64,000 nucleotides of DNA from an uncultured Lachnospiraceae bacterium. Lineage in GTDB: Bacteria > Bacillota > Clostridia > Lachnospirales > Lachnospiraceae. Within the stretch, counting starts at the first letter, position 1; each line of letters starts with the position of its first letter. A model generated the notes under the pieces. That model saw only the letters and a list, made by a program, of their open reading frames with translations. It did not search any database and was not told the origin of the DNA. Of this stretch, positions 47,123-56,301 are shown piece by piece. Where the stretch lies: NCBI GenBank assembly GCA_947630125.1, contig CANRGO010000002.1:6829-70828 (forward strand), in the 5' to 3' direction. Both the position numbers and the translations under genes were made by a program.

Positions 47123-48316
47123 ATGGGTCTGAAAGACTGGTTATTTAAAAAAAGAAAAAAACAGACTGTGCAGGAAGATGCAACTTATGATTTTGCGGAT
47201 TTTTCCAAGCAATCCACAGACTTAAGTTTTTCTCAGATTAAAGTTCAGGATGACTATCAGAGAGAAAAGTATATTAAAAATTGTCTGGAACAAATAGGGG
47301 AAGTGGCGTCGCAAATTGATACACTTAATATGGAATATTCCATCGTTACCTCTTACCTTTTGGATATTGAAGAGATTGAAGCCTTGCCAAAGGAAGAAAA
47401 AGATGAAGTTTTAGACTGTGCAGGTGTGATTGAACGCTATGAAAATGAGCGGGCAACGTATCAGGGCAGAAAAAGAGTAATTTCTGAAAAAGACTTTACA
47501 GCTATGGAAAAACTGGAAGATTTTATGCCAGAAGCCTATGAAAAGTTAAAAGCAGCGGAAGAGATGAAAGGAAAAATTAAACAAGATCTGGCAAGACTGG
47601 AACATGAAAAACAGGCATACGATCTTCAAAAAAATGATCTTCGCACAGCTTTGTCCAATTATAAATCCATGACAATCATAACCATGGGTGCATTTCTTTT
47701 TTTAATGTTTGCCTTATTTTTATTTCAGACCTTTTTAGAAATGGATGTTATGCTTGGCTACTTGGTTTCCATTGCAGCAGCAGCGCTTGTGTTAACAGTG
47801 GTATTCATGAAATATACAGATTCTAATATTGAAGTGAAACAGGTAGAAAAGGCTTATAATAAACTAATCCTATTACAAAACAGAGTAAAAATCAGATATG
47901 TTAATAATACTCAGTTGGTAGATTACCTGTGTCTGAAATATGGAGTGAAAGGTGTTAAGGATTTAAATAAATTATGGCAAGCCTATCAGGAAGAACAGGA
48001 AATCAGGAAAAAATATGAATATGCAACCACTACCTTAGAAAGGGCAAGGCGTGATTTGTTTGGAATCCTAAAACGGTATCAATTAACAGATCCACATATT
48101 TGGCTTAGACAGACAAAAGCACTGATCGATCCAAAGGAAATGGTAGAGATCAGACATGAACTTATTACCAGAAGACAAAGCCTTCGAAAGCAACTGGAAT
48201 ACAATCAAACCATAGCAGAACAAAGAAAAGAAGAGTTGAAAACTATGGCAAATCTTTATCCACAGTATGCAAAGGAAGTTTTGTCCTATGTAAATGAATA
48301 TGAAAAAAACAGATAA
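47123..48316 (+). CDS. Hypothetical coiled-coil protein with central two-helix membrane hairpin; gene 5
   Basis: ATG 1 nt after the upstream stop. Long heptad-like charged segments flank IITMGAFLFLMFALFLFQTFL and VMLGYLVSIAAAALVLTVVFM. Confidence 0.6.
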   Translation: MGLKDWLFKKRKKQTVQEDATYDFADFSKQSTDLSFSQIKVQDDYQREKYIKNCLEQIGEVASQIDTLNMEYSIVTSYLLDIEEIEALPKEEKDEVLDCAGVIERYENERATYQGRKRVISEKDFTAMEKLEDFMPEAYEKLKAAEEMKGKIKQDLARLEHEKQAYDLQKNDLRTALSNYKSMTIITMGAFLFLMFALFLFQTFLEMDVMLGYLVSIAAAALVLTVVFMKYTDSNIEVKQVEKAYNKLILLQNRVKIRYVNNTQLVDYLCLKYGVKGVKDLNKLWQAYQEEQEIRKKYEYATTTLERARRDLFGILKRYQLTDPHIWLRQTKALIDPKEMVEIRHELITRRQSLRKQLEYNQTIAEQRKEELKTMANLYPQYAKEVLSYVNEYEKNR

Positions 48317-48361
48317 GTTTTAGGGAAAATATCAGTAAATTCCCAATGTATCTGTTTTTTT
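48308..48361 (+). terminator. Terminator of the five-gene operon
   Basis: ACAGATA...TATCTGT outer stem with an inner GGGAA/TTCCC stem, followed by T8; the stop codon lies in the stem. Confidence 0.6.
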
Positions 48362-48507
48362 TATGCACAATGGAGAATTTATAGTTAGAAGTCATTGTTT
48401 TGTTGATTTCTATGGGGTACTCATGTAAAATGAAAACGGACTTTTCTCGGTTTAAAGCAAAAAAGCAATAATTTGAGTGCATGAAAAGCATGCAGATGGG
48501 AGCAAGA

Positions 48508-49212
48508 ATGAAGAAACTGAATCAACTTTATGAAGGCAAGGCAAAAAAAGTGTATGAGACAGAAGATCCAGATGTTGTAATCGTTGAATACAAGGATGAT
48601 GCCACCGCATTTAATGGCGAAAAAAAGGGTACAATTACAGGAAAAGGTGTAATTAATAACCGTATGACCAATCACATTTTTCAGGTTATGGAAAAAGAGG
48701 GTGTTCCCACACATTTTATTGAAGAAATAAATGACAGAGAAACCGCAGTTAAAAAAGTAGAGATTGTTCCCCTGGAAGTAATTATTAGAAATGTGGCTGC
48801 AGGAAGTTTTTCAAAAAGACTGGGTGTGGAAGAGGGTACTCCTTTTACTGAGCCAACCATCGAATTTAGTTATAAGAATGATGAACTTGGAGATCCACTC
48901 ATCAATGATTATTTTGCGGTTGCACTCAATCTTGCAACATGGGAAGAGATAGGAATTATCAAAGAATATGCATTTAAAGTAAATGAAGTTTTAAAGGCAT
49001 TTTTCTTAAAAGCAGATATCAAATTGATAGATTTTAAAATAGAATTTGGCCGATTTCATGGACAGATTATTCTGGCTGATGAAACAAGCCCTGACACTTG
49101 TAGACTTTGGGATGTTAATACCAATGAAAAACTAGACAAAGATCGATTCCGCAGAGATATGGGGAATGTTGAAGAAGCTTATAATGAAGTATTTAAACGT
49201 CTAGGGTTATAG
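48508..49212 (+). CDS. purC: Phosphoribosylaminoimidazole-succinocarboxamide synthase
   Basis: Start trimmed to [16 protein letters not shown].. behind GGGAG; SAICAR synthetase blocks. Confidence 0.9.
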   Translation: MKKLNQLYEGKAKKVYETEDPDVVIVEYKDDATAFNGEKKGTITGKGVINNRMTNHIFQVMEKEGVPTHFIEEINDRETAVKKVEIVPLEVIIRNVAAGSFSKRLGVEEGTPFTEPTIEFSYKNDELGDPLINDYFAVALNLATWEEIGIIKEYAFKVNEVLKAFFLKADIKLIDFKIEFGRFHGQIILADETSPDTCRLWDVNTNEKLDKDRFRRDMGNVEEAYNEVFKRLGL

Positions 49213-49233
49213 ATTGAAAGGCATGGGTTTTAT

Positions 49234-50682
49234 ATGACAAGTGGAATTTTTGAACAGGCTGAATTAGAAGACAACTTAAGAGAAGAATGTGGTGTATTTG
49301 GTATTTATGACTTTGATGGAGCTGATGTGGCGACTTCCATTTATTATGGTCTTTTGGCTTTGCAGCATAGAGGACAGGAAAGTTGCGGAATCGCCGTAAG
49401 TGATACAGAAGGACCCAAGGGTAGAGTTCTTAGTTCTAAAGAAATGGGACTCATTAATGAAACCTTTACGCCAGAAACCCTGGAGAAATTAACGGGAAAT
49501 ATTGGGGTGGGACATGTGCGTTATTCCACAGCGGGAAGTAGTACTCGTGAAAATGCACAACCTTTGGTTTTGAATTATGTGAAAGGTACCCTTGGACTGG
49601 CACATAATGGGAATCTTATTAATGCATTAGAACTCAGAAAGGAACTGGAATATACAGGAGCTATTTTCCAGACCACCATTGATTCAGAAGTAATCGCTTA
49701 TCATATCGCAAGAGAACGTTTGAATTCAAAATCAGTTGAAGAAGCCGTTGGAAGAGCTATGGACAAAATTCAAGGCGCATATTCTTTGATTATTATGAGT
49801 CCAAGAAAATTAATCGGAGCAAGAGATCCTTATGGGTTCAGACCATTATGTATTGGTAAGCGTGATAATGCATATGTGCTTGCTTCTGAAACCTGTGCAC
49901 TTGATACAGTAGGAGCTACTTTTGTGAGAGATGTACTCCCTGGAGAAATTGTTACCATTAGTAAACAACATGGGATTCAATCTGATCTAAGTAAATGTAT
50001 CCTGTCTGAAAAACATAGCCGATGTATCTTTGAATATATTTATTTTGCAAGACCAGATAGTTATATTGATGGGGTTAGCGTATACAACTCCAGAATGATG
50101 GCTGGAAAATTCCTGGCAATGGATTCACCAGTTGAGGCGGATTTAGTAGTTGGTGTTCCAGAATCAGGGAATGTAGCAGCACTGGGCTATTCTTTAGAAT
50201 CAGGGATTCCATACGGAACAGCTTTTGTAAAAAATGGATATGTAGGAAGAACTTTTATTAAGCCTAAGCAAAAAAGTCGTGAGAATAGTGTACAGGTTAA
50301 ACTGAACCCCATTCGTGAAGCAGTTGCTGGTAAAAGAATTATAATGATTGATGATTCCATTGTACGTGGAACAACTTCGGACCGCATTGTTCATTTGTTA
50401 AGAGAAGCGGGAGCTACAGAAGTACATATGAGAGTAAGTTCACCGCCGTTTCTCTGGCCATGTTATTTCGGTACTGATGTACCAGCAAGAGAACAGTTAA
50501 TTGCATATAATCGTAGTGTAGAAGAAATCAGAGAAATTATTGGTGCAGATTCACTTGCATACTTGAACTTAAATCGTTTGGAAGAAATGGCTGAAAACCT
50601 TGGAATTTGTAAGGGTTGTTTTACAGGAGAGTATCCAATACTTCCACCAGATGAAGATATCCGAGGAGATTTTGACGAATAA
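49234..50682 (+). CDS. purF: Amidophosphoribosyltransferase
   Basis: ..ECGVFGI.. Ntn Cys, LQHRGQES, PRPP loop IMIDDSIVRGTT, C-terminal Fe-S cysteines. Confidence 0.95.
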   Translation: MTSGIFEQAELEDNLREECGVFGIYDFDGADVATSIYYGLLALQHRGQESCGIAVSDTEGPKGRVLSSKEMGLINETFTPETLEKLTGNIGVGHVRYSTAGSSTRENAQPLVLNYVKGTLGLAHNGNLINALELRKELEYTGAIFQTTIDSEVIAYHIARERLNSKSVEEAVGRAMDKIQGAYSLIIMSPRKLIGARDPYGFRPLCIGKRDNAYVLASETCALDTVGATFVRDVLPGEIVTISKQHGIQSDLSKCILSEKHSRCIFEYIYFARPDSYIDGVSVYNSRMMAGKFLAMDSPVEADLVVGVPESGNVAALGYSLESGIPYGTAFVKNGYVGRTFIKPKQKSRENSVQVKLNPIREAVAGKRIIMIDDSIVRGTTSDRIVHLLREAGATEVHMRVSSPPFLWPCYFGTDVPAREQLIAYNRSVEEIREIIGADSLAYLNLNRLEEMAENLGICKGCFTGEYPILPPDEDIRGDFDE

Positions 50683-50698
50683 AAAGGAGCCATACAAT

Positions 50699-52132
50699 AT
50701 GAGTACAGATAAATATCAAAGTCCGTTATCAGAACGTTATGCCAGTAAAGAAATGCAGTATATTTTTTCTCCTGATATGAAGTTTAAAACCTGGAGAAAA
50801 TTGTGGATTGCTCTAGCAGAAACAGAAATGGAACTAGGTCTTCCTATTACACAGGAACAGATTGAAGAATTAAGAGCATTTTCCGATGAAATCAACTATG
50901 ATGTGGCAAAAGAACAGGAAAAGAAAGTTCGTCATGATGTGATGAGCCATGTGCATGCTTATGGGGTACAGTGTCCAAAAGCAAAAGGAATTATACATCT
51001 TGGAGCTACATCCTGTTATGTGGGCGATAATACCGATATTATTGTTATGAGAGAGGCCTTAAAACTTGTAAAAGTGAAGCTGATTAATGTCCTTTCTGTA
51101 TTGGGAAAATTTGCAGATCAGTATAAAGATTTACCTACCCTTGCCTTTACACATTTCCAGCCAGCTCAGCCAACAACCGTTGGGAAAAGAGCAACACTTT
51201 GGATGCAGGAGTTTTGTCTGGATTTAGAAGATTTGGATTTTGTTCTTTATAATTTAAAGCTACTTGGTTCCAAAGGAACCACAGGAACACAGGCATCCTT
51301 TCAGGAATTATTTGAAGGAAATGATGAACTTATTGAGCAAATTGATCCTATGATAGCAAAAAAAATGGGATTTTCAGACTGTTATCCAGTCAGTGGACAA
51401 ACCTATTCTCGCAAAATCGATACCAGAGTTTGTAACGTGCTGTCTCAAATTGCAGCGAGTGCACATAAAATGTCCAATGATATTCGTCTGTTACAGCATT
51501 TAAAAGAAATTGAAGAACCTTTTGAAAAAAGTCAGATTGGATCTTCCGCTATGGCCTATAAGAGAAACCCAATGAGAAGTGAGCGTATTGCATCTTTAAG
51601 CAGATATGTAATGGTTGATGCCCTAAATCCTGCAATTACTTCTGCAACCCAGTGGTTTGAAAGAACCTTGGATGATTCTGCAAATAAGCGTCTTTCCGTT
51701 CCAGAGGCATTTCTTGCAATCGATGGAGTGTTAGATTTATGTTTAAATGTAGCTGATGGTCTGGTTGTTTATCCAAAAGTCATCGAAAAGCGTCTTATGA
51801 GTGAACTTCCTTTTATGGCTACAGAAAATATTATGATGGCAGCCGTAAAAGCTGGTGGTGATCGTCAGGAATTGCATGAAAGAATCCGCTTGCTTTCTAT
51901 GGAAGCTGGTAAACATGTAAAAGAAGAAGGTAAAGAAAATAATCTGTTAGAGTTGATTGCTGCTGACCCTGCTTTTAATATGAGTTATGAGGAATTGCAA
52001 AAAACCATGGACCCAAGTCTTTACACAGGACGAGCAGGAAAACAGGTTAGCAAATTCTTAACTCAGGTTGTTCAACCAATTTTGAGTGAAAACCAGGACC
52101 TTATAGGTGTTAAGGCTGAAATTCATGTTTAG
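50699..52132 (+). CDS. purB: Adenylosuccinate lyase
   Basis: Start trimmed to MSTDKYQSPLSERYASKEM behind AAAGGAG; GSSAMAYKRNP signature. Confidence 0.95.
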   Translation: MSTDKYQSPLSERYASKEMQYIFSPDMKFKTWRKLWIALAETEMELGLPITQEQIEELRAFSDEINYDVAKEQEKKVRHDVMSHVHAYGVQCPKAKGIIHLGATSCYVGDNTDIIVMREALKLVKVKLINVLSVLGKFADQYKDLPTLAFTHFQPAQPTTVGKRATLWMQEFCLDLEDLDFVLYNLKLLGSKGTTGTQASFQELFEGNDELIEQIDPMIAKKMGFSDCYPVSGQTYSRKIDTRVCNVLSQIAASAHKMSNDIRLLQHLKEIEEPFEKSQIGSSAMAYKRNPMRSERIASLSRYVMVDALNPAITSATQWFERTLDDSANKRLSVPEAFLAIDGVLDLCLNVADGLVVYPKVIEKRLMSELPFMATENIMMAAVKAGGDRQELHERIRLLSMEAGKHVKEEGKENNLLELIAADPAFNMSYEELQKTMDPSLYTGRAGKQVSKFLTQVVQPILSENQDLIGVKAEIHV

Positions 52133-52250
52133 ATGAAAAAATCTGAAGTGATATAAGCTGTACTTATGGCAAGCATAAAAAATATTGATTTTACTTATAT
52201 AAAACCTTGCTGTATAATCATATAGGAAGTCTAATCTAGGAGGAACAGTT

Positions 52251-53552
52251 ATGGTAAAAGCAGTTGTTGGAGCAAACTGGGGAGATGAAGGTAAGGGTAA
52301 AATCACCGACATGCTATCAGAAAAGGCAGATATTATTGTACGTTTTCAAGGTGGAGCAAACGCAGGCCATACCATAGTGAATAATTATGGAAAATTTGCA
52401 TTACATACATTACCCTCAGGTGTTTTTTATGATCACACCACTAGCGTGATTGGAAATGGAGTAGCACTTAATATTCCTGCATTATTTAATGAAATCAATG
52501 AAATATGTGAAAAAGATGTACCGACTCCAAAAATTTTAGTTTCAGACAGAGCACAGATTGTAATGCCTTATCATATTCTATTTGATCAATACGAAGAAGA
52601 ACGCCTAGGTGGAAAATCTTTTGGTTCAACCAAATCTGGTATTGCTCCTTTTTATTCTGATAAATATGCAAAAATTGGGTTTCAGGTAAGTGAATTATTT
52701 GATGAAGAAACCTTAAAAGATAAAGTGGAACGTGTATGTGAGCTTAAAAATGTACTGCTTGAGCACATGTATCATAAACCCAAACTACAAGCAGAAGAGT
52801 TATTAGCTACACTTCATGAATATCGTGAAATGGTGGCCCCTTATGTAGCAGATGTTTCTTTGTTTTTGGACAAAGCTATGAAAGCAGGAAAAACAATTCT
52901 ATTAGAAGGACAGCTTGGAACTTTAAAAGATCCAGATCATGGAATTTATCCTATGGTTACATCTTCCTCAACGCTTGCTTCTTATGGAGCAATTGGAGCA
53001 GGAATTCCTCCTTATGAAATAAAAGAAATCATTACCGTGGTGAAAGCATATTCTTCTGCGGTAGGTGCTGGTGCTTTTGTGTCTGAGATTTTTGGTGATG
53101 AAGCAAATGAACTTCGTATGCGCGGTGGCGATGGCGGAGAATTTGGTGCAACAACAGGACGTCCTAGAAGAATGGGATGGTTTGACTGTGTGGCAAGTAA
53201 GTATGGTTGTAGATTACAGGGAACAACAGATGTTGCGTTTACGGTTTTGGATGTTCTTGGTTATTTGGATGAAATTCCTGTTTGTATCGGTTACGAAGTA
53301 GATGGAGCAGTTACCACAGACTTCCCAGTAACTGTTAAATTAGAGAAAGCGAAACCTGTCTTAAAGGTACTTGAAGGCTGGAAAGAAGATATTCGTGGAA
53401 TTAAAGAATATGAACAACTTCCTGAAAAATGTCGCACATATATTGAATTTGTAGAGGAACAGATTGGTTATCCAATCACTATGATTTCTAATGGTCCAAA
53501 GAGAAGTGATATTATTTATCGTAATAGTCCTTTAAAAAAAGCAGAAAGTTAA
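52251..53552 (+). CDS. purA: Adenylosuccinate synthetase
   Basis: GANWGDEGKGK P-loop, GTTGRG-like ATTGRPRR, RBS AGGAGG. Confidence 0.95.
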   Translation: MVKAVVGANWGDEGKGKITDMLSEKADIIVRFQGGANAGHTIVNNYGKFALHTLPSGVFYDHTTSVIGNGVALNIPALFNEINEICEKDVPTPKILVSDRAQIVMPYHILFDQYEEERLGGKSFGSTKSGIAPFYSDKYAKIGFQVSELFDEETLKDKVERVCELKNVLLEHMYHKPKLQAEELLATLHEYREMVAPYVADVSLFLDKAMKAGKTILLEGQLGTLKDPDHGIYPMVTSSSTLASYGAIGAGIPPYEIKEIITVVKAYSSAVGAGAFVSEIFGDEANELRMRGGDGGEFGATTGRPRRMGWFDCVASKYGCRLQGTTDVAFTVLDVLGYLDEIPVCIGYEVDGAVTTDFPVTVKLEKAKPVLKVLEGWKEDIRGIKEYEQLPEKCRTYIEFVEEQIGYPITMISNGPKRSDIIYRNSPLKKAES

Positions 53553-53570
53553 ACTTTCTGTTTTTTTTTT
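53542..53570 (+). terminator. Rho-independent terminator after purA
   Basis: CAGAAAG..CTTTCTG stem overlapping the stop codon, followed by T10. Confidence 0.75.
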
Positions 53571-53636
53571 GACGTATAAGGTATATAATTTGAATATGTG
53601 TATGCTTTAAAGCGTCAAAGAGAAAGGATGGTACAT

Positions 53637-54749
53637 ATGATACAAGAAAAGCGATTAATTGAAAATTTTAAAAAGTTATGTGCCATTGATGCAGCCAGTT
53701 TTAAGGAACGGGAAATGGCAGATGAAATGAAGCGACAACTATTAGAATTGGGATTCCAGGTAGAAGAAGATCATGGAAATGATTATTATCATAGTAAGGC
53801 TGGGAATGTTTATGGATTTTTAAAGGGTAGTCTAGAAGGAGAACCACTACTTTTTTCGGCCCATCTTGATACGGTAGAACCATCAAAAGGAAAAGAAGCA
53901 CTCGTTTTAGAGGATGGTAAAATAGTTTCAAAAGGTGATACAGTCTTAGGAGCAGATGATATTTCAGGCTTGGTTGAAATATTAGAAGCAGTTCGTGGAA
54001 TACAAGAAGATGGTGTGGAGCATCGAGATATCGAAGTGCTATTTCCCTTTGCAGAAGAAGCATTTTTAAGAGGAAGTGCAGTGTTTGACTATAGTAAAGT
54101 TAAATCCAAATTTTCTTATATTATGGATTTGGAAGGTGAAATTGGAACCTATGCTGTAGCAGCCCCTACTGTGATTGCGTTTACTTTGGAAATTAAGGGG
54201 AAGGCCTCTCATGCAGGATTTGCACCAGAAAAAGGAATACATGCAATTAAGATTATGGCAGACATCATGAGTGAATTAAAGCTTGGTGTTTTGGAGGATG
54301 ATTCCAGAATGAACATTGGAACAATAAAAGGTGGAAGTGGAAGAAACATCATTCCAGAAAGTTGTATTGTGGAGGGCGAAATCAGAAGTTTATTACCAAA
54401 TCGTGCAGAAGAACTTCTGTCTGAACTGGAGGGAAGGGTGAAAGCCATAACCCAACATTATCATTCGACCTATACTTTGACCTATGACATTCCTTGTAAG
54501 GTATATGGAAAATCCACAAATCAGAAAGAAATTGACCGTTTTATTAAGTTTGTAAAAAAAGAAAACTTAACACCCAAAGAAATTCATACCTATGGGGGAA
54601 GTGATTTGAATAATTTCAATCAACATGGTATTGAGGGAATTGTAATAGCCTGTGGTATGCATCAGGTACACTCAACAGAAGAATACACCAGGGTTAAAGA
54701 CCTTGTTACTACCACGAAATTGCTATATTCGATTATGACGGAGAAGTAG
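53637..54749 (+). CDS. M20-family metallopeptidase (PepT/tripeptidase-like)
   Basis: Start trimmed to MIQEKRLIENF..; SAHLDTV, GADDISG, ..EE.. and SHAG blocks. Confidence 0.8.
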   Translation: MIQEKRLIENFKKLCAIDAASFKEREMADEMKRQLLELGFQVEEDHGNDYYHSKAGNVYGFLKGSLEGEPLLFSAHLDTVEPSKGKEALVLEDGKIVSKGDTVLGADDISGLVEILEAVRGIQEDGVEHRDIEVLFPFAEEAFLRGSAVFDYSKVKSKFSYIMDLEGEIGTYAVAAPTVIAFTLEIKGKASHAGFAPEKGIHAIKIMADIMSELKLGVLEDDSRMNIGTIKGGSGRNIIPESCIVEGEIRSLLPNRAEELLSELEGRVKAITQHYHSTYTLTYDIPCKVYGKSTNQKEIDRFIKFVKKENLTPKEIHTYGGSDLNNFNQHGIEGIVIACGMHQVHSTEEYTRVKDLVTTTKLLYSIMTEK

Positions 54750-54751
54750 AA

Positions 54752-55651
54752 ATGACAATGAACTTGGAATACTATAAAATATTTTACTATGTAGCGGTAA
54801 ATAAGAGTATAACCAATGCAGCGGAACAGTTATCTATTTCTCAGCCTGCAGTGAGTCAGTCTTTAAAACAGTTAGAACATCTGTTGGGGACGACTTTGTT
54901 TCAAAGAACCTCAAAAGGGGTATGTTTAACAGCGGAAGGGCAATTGTTATTTCAATATATAGAAAGAGGATATCAACAGTTTGAACTTGGAGAACTAAAA
55001 CTAAAACAACAATTAAATATGGAATCCGGAGAAATAAGAATTGGAGCCAGTGATATGACGCTACAATTTTATCTGCTTCCTTTTTTAGAAAAATTTCATG
55101 AGACTTATCCGGGAATTCAGGTGAGAGTTACCAATGCGCCAACTCCTGAGACTATGAAATTACTTCAAGAAGGAAAGATTGATTTTGGAGTGATTAGTAC
55201 CCCCTTTGCTGAGCAGAAAAATATGCTATCCTTCCCGGTAAGGGAAATAGAAGATGTATTTGTTGCTGGAAGAAAGTTCATACAGTATAAAAATAAAATG
55301 CTGGACTTGAATTTGCTGGAGCAACTGCCATTAATTTTACTGGAAAAAAATACATCCACCAGATCCTACATGGATCGCTTTTTAACAGAACATCATGTGC
55401 AAATCACACCGGAATTTGAACTTGCAACCAGTGATATGATTGTTCAGTTTGCGCTACGTAGTTTGGGTATTGGTTGTGTTGTGAAGGATTTTTGTAAATC
55501 ACAGTTAGAAGAAGGTCTACTTTTTGAACTACGTTTTAAGACACGAATTCCGAAACGCAAGTTTTGCGTTCTCACCAGTGAAAACCAGGTGCTTTCTAAA
55601 GCAGCAGGAAATTTACTTCAATTGATTCAACAAGACAGAAAGGAACTTTAG
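54752..55651 (+). CDS. LysR-family transcriptional regulator
   Basis: HTH ..SITNAAEQLSISQPAVSQSLKQLE.. plus a substrate-binding domain. Confidence 0.9.
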   Translation: MTMNLEYYKIFYYVAVNKSITNAAEQLSISQPAVSQSLKQLEHLLGTTLFQRTSKGVCLTAEGQLLFQYIERGYQQFELGELKLKQQLNMESGEIRIGASDMTLQFYLLPFLEKFHETYPGIQVRVTNAPTPETMKLLQEGKIDFGVISTPFAEQKNMLSFPVREIEDVFVAGRKFIQYKNKMLDLNLLEQLPLILLEKNTSTRSYMDRFLTEHHVQITPEFELATSDMIVQFALRSLGIGCVVKDFCKSQLEEGLLFELRFKTRIPKRKFCVLTSENQVLSKAAGNLLQLIQQDRKEL

Positions 55652-55653
55652 AG

Positions 55654-56262
55654 ATGGGAAAGATAAACACAGTTATTTTTGACATAGGAAATGTTTTAAC
55701 CGATTTTTGCTGGGAACAATTTATTATGAATAAAGGGTATAGTCAGGAAATGATGGAGCGTATTAGTCGCGCATCCATACATACCAAGGAATGGAATGAA
55801 TTAGATCGAGGCATTATGAAGGAAGAAGATGTCGTAGAGCTTTTTATTCAAAAAGATCCGGAAATAAAAGATGCGATTTTACATGTGTTTCAGGATTTGT
55901 CAGGGATTATTAGCGAAAGAGAATATGCCATCCCTTGGGTAAATGAACTGAAAAGTCGTGGGTATCAGGTTTTGGTATTGTCAAATTTTCCAGGCAAGGC
56001 TCATGTGGAATGTAAAGATCAAATGAAATTTTTGGATCATGTGGATGGAGGAATTTTATCTTATCAGGATCAACTGATTAAGCCTGATCCAGCCATCTAT
56101 CAGTTGTTACTAAAACGCTACGATTTAAATGCCAGCCAATGTGTATTTATTGATGATTTAGAGAAAAATATACAGGCTGGAAAAGAACAAGGAATTAATG
56201 GAATACAATTTATATCAAGAGAACAGGTGATTGAAGAACTAGAGAATTTATTGAGCCTTTAA
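55654..56262 (+). CDS. HAD-superfamily hydrolase (subfamily IA)
   Basis: IFDIGNVL motif I, LSN motif II, K...DD motifs III/IV. Confidence 0.8.
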   Translation: MGKINTVIFDIGNVLTDFCWEQFIMNKGYSQEMMERISRASIHTKEWNELDRGIMKEEDVVELFIQKDPEIKDAILHVFQDLSGIISEREYAIPWVNELKSRGYQVLVLSNFPGKAHVECKDQMKFLDHVDGGILSYQDQLIKPDPAIYQLLLKRYDLNASQCVFIDDLEKNIQAGKEQGINGIQFISREQVIEELENLLSL

Positions 56263-56301
56263 TTATCAAAGTATAAAAAATCCCTGGGAGGATGCATTTG
56301 T

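Noticed and set aside
48362-48507. Purine or ZTP riboswitch upstream of purC
   Set aside because: I could not find the conserved purine-riboswitch junction (UAUA..UAUGG..CUACC) or the ZTP (GGGUCGUGAC..CCGCCUGGG) cores by eye. A covariance-model scan would be needed to be sure.
50600-50698. N-terminal extensions in the ORF track (purB 50600, purC 48481, EamA 62119, ABC ATPase 40849, M20 53598, flagellin 4909, DUF1653 12073, nucleotidase 12617)
   Set aside because: The extensions overlap upstream genes or lack an RBS. Internal ATGs preceded by GGAGG-like sites give N-termini typical for each family.
53701-54063. 120-aa minus-strand ORF and the many other 60-110-aa antisense or alternate-frame ORFs (e.g. 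742..1068, 1701..2030, 18767..19024, 35207..35521, 48421..48714, 62676..63056)
   Set aside because: All are fully embedded in longer ORFs that have clear family motifs, so they are treated as spurious.
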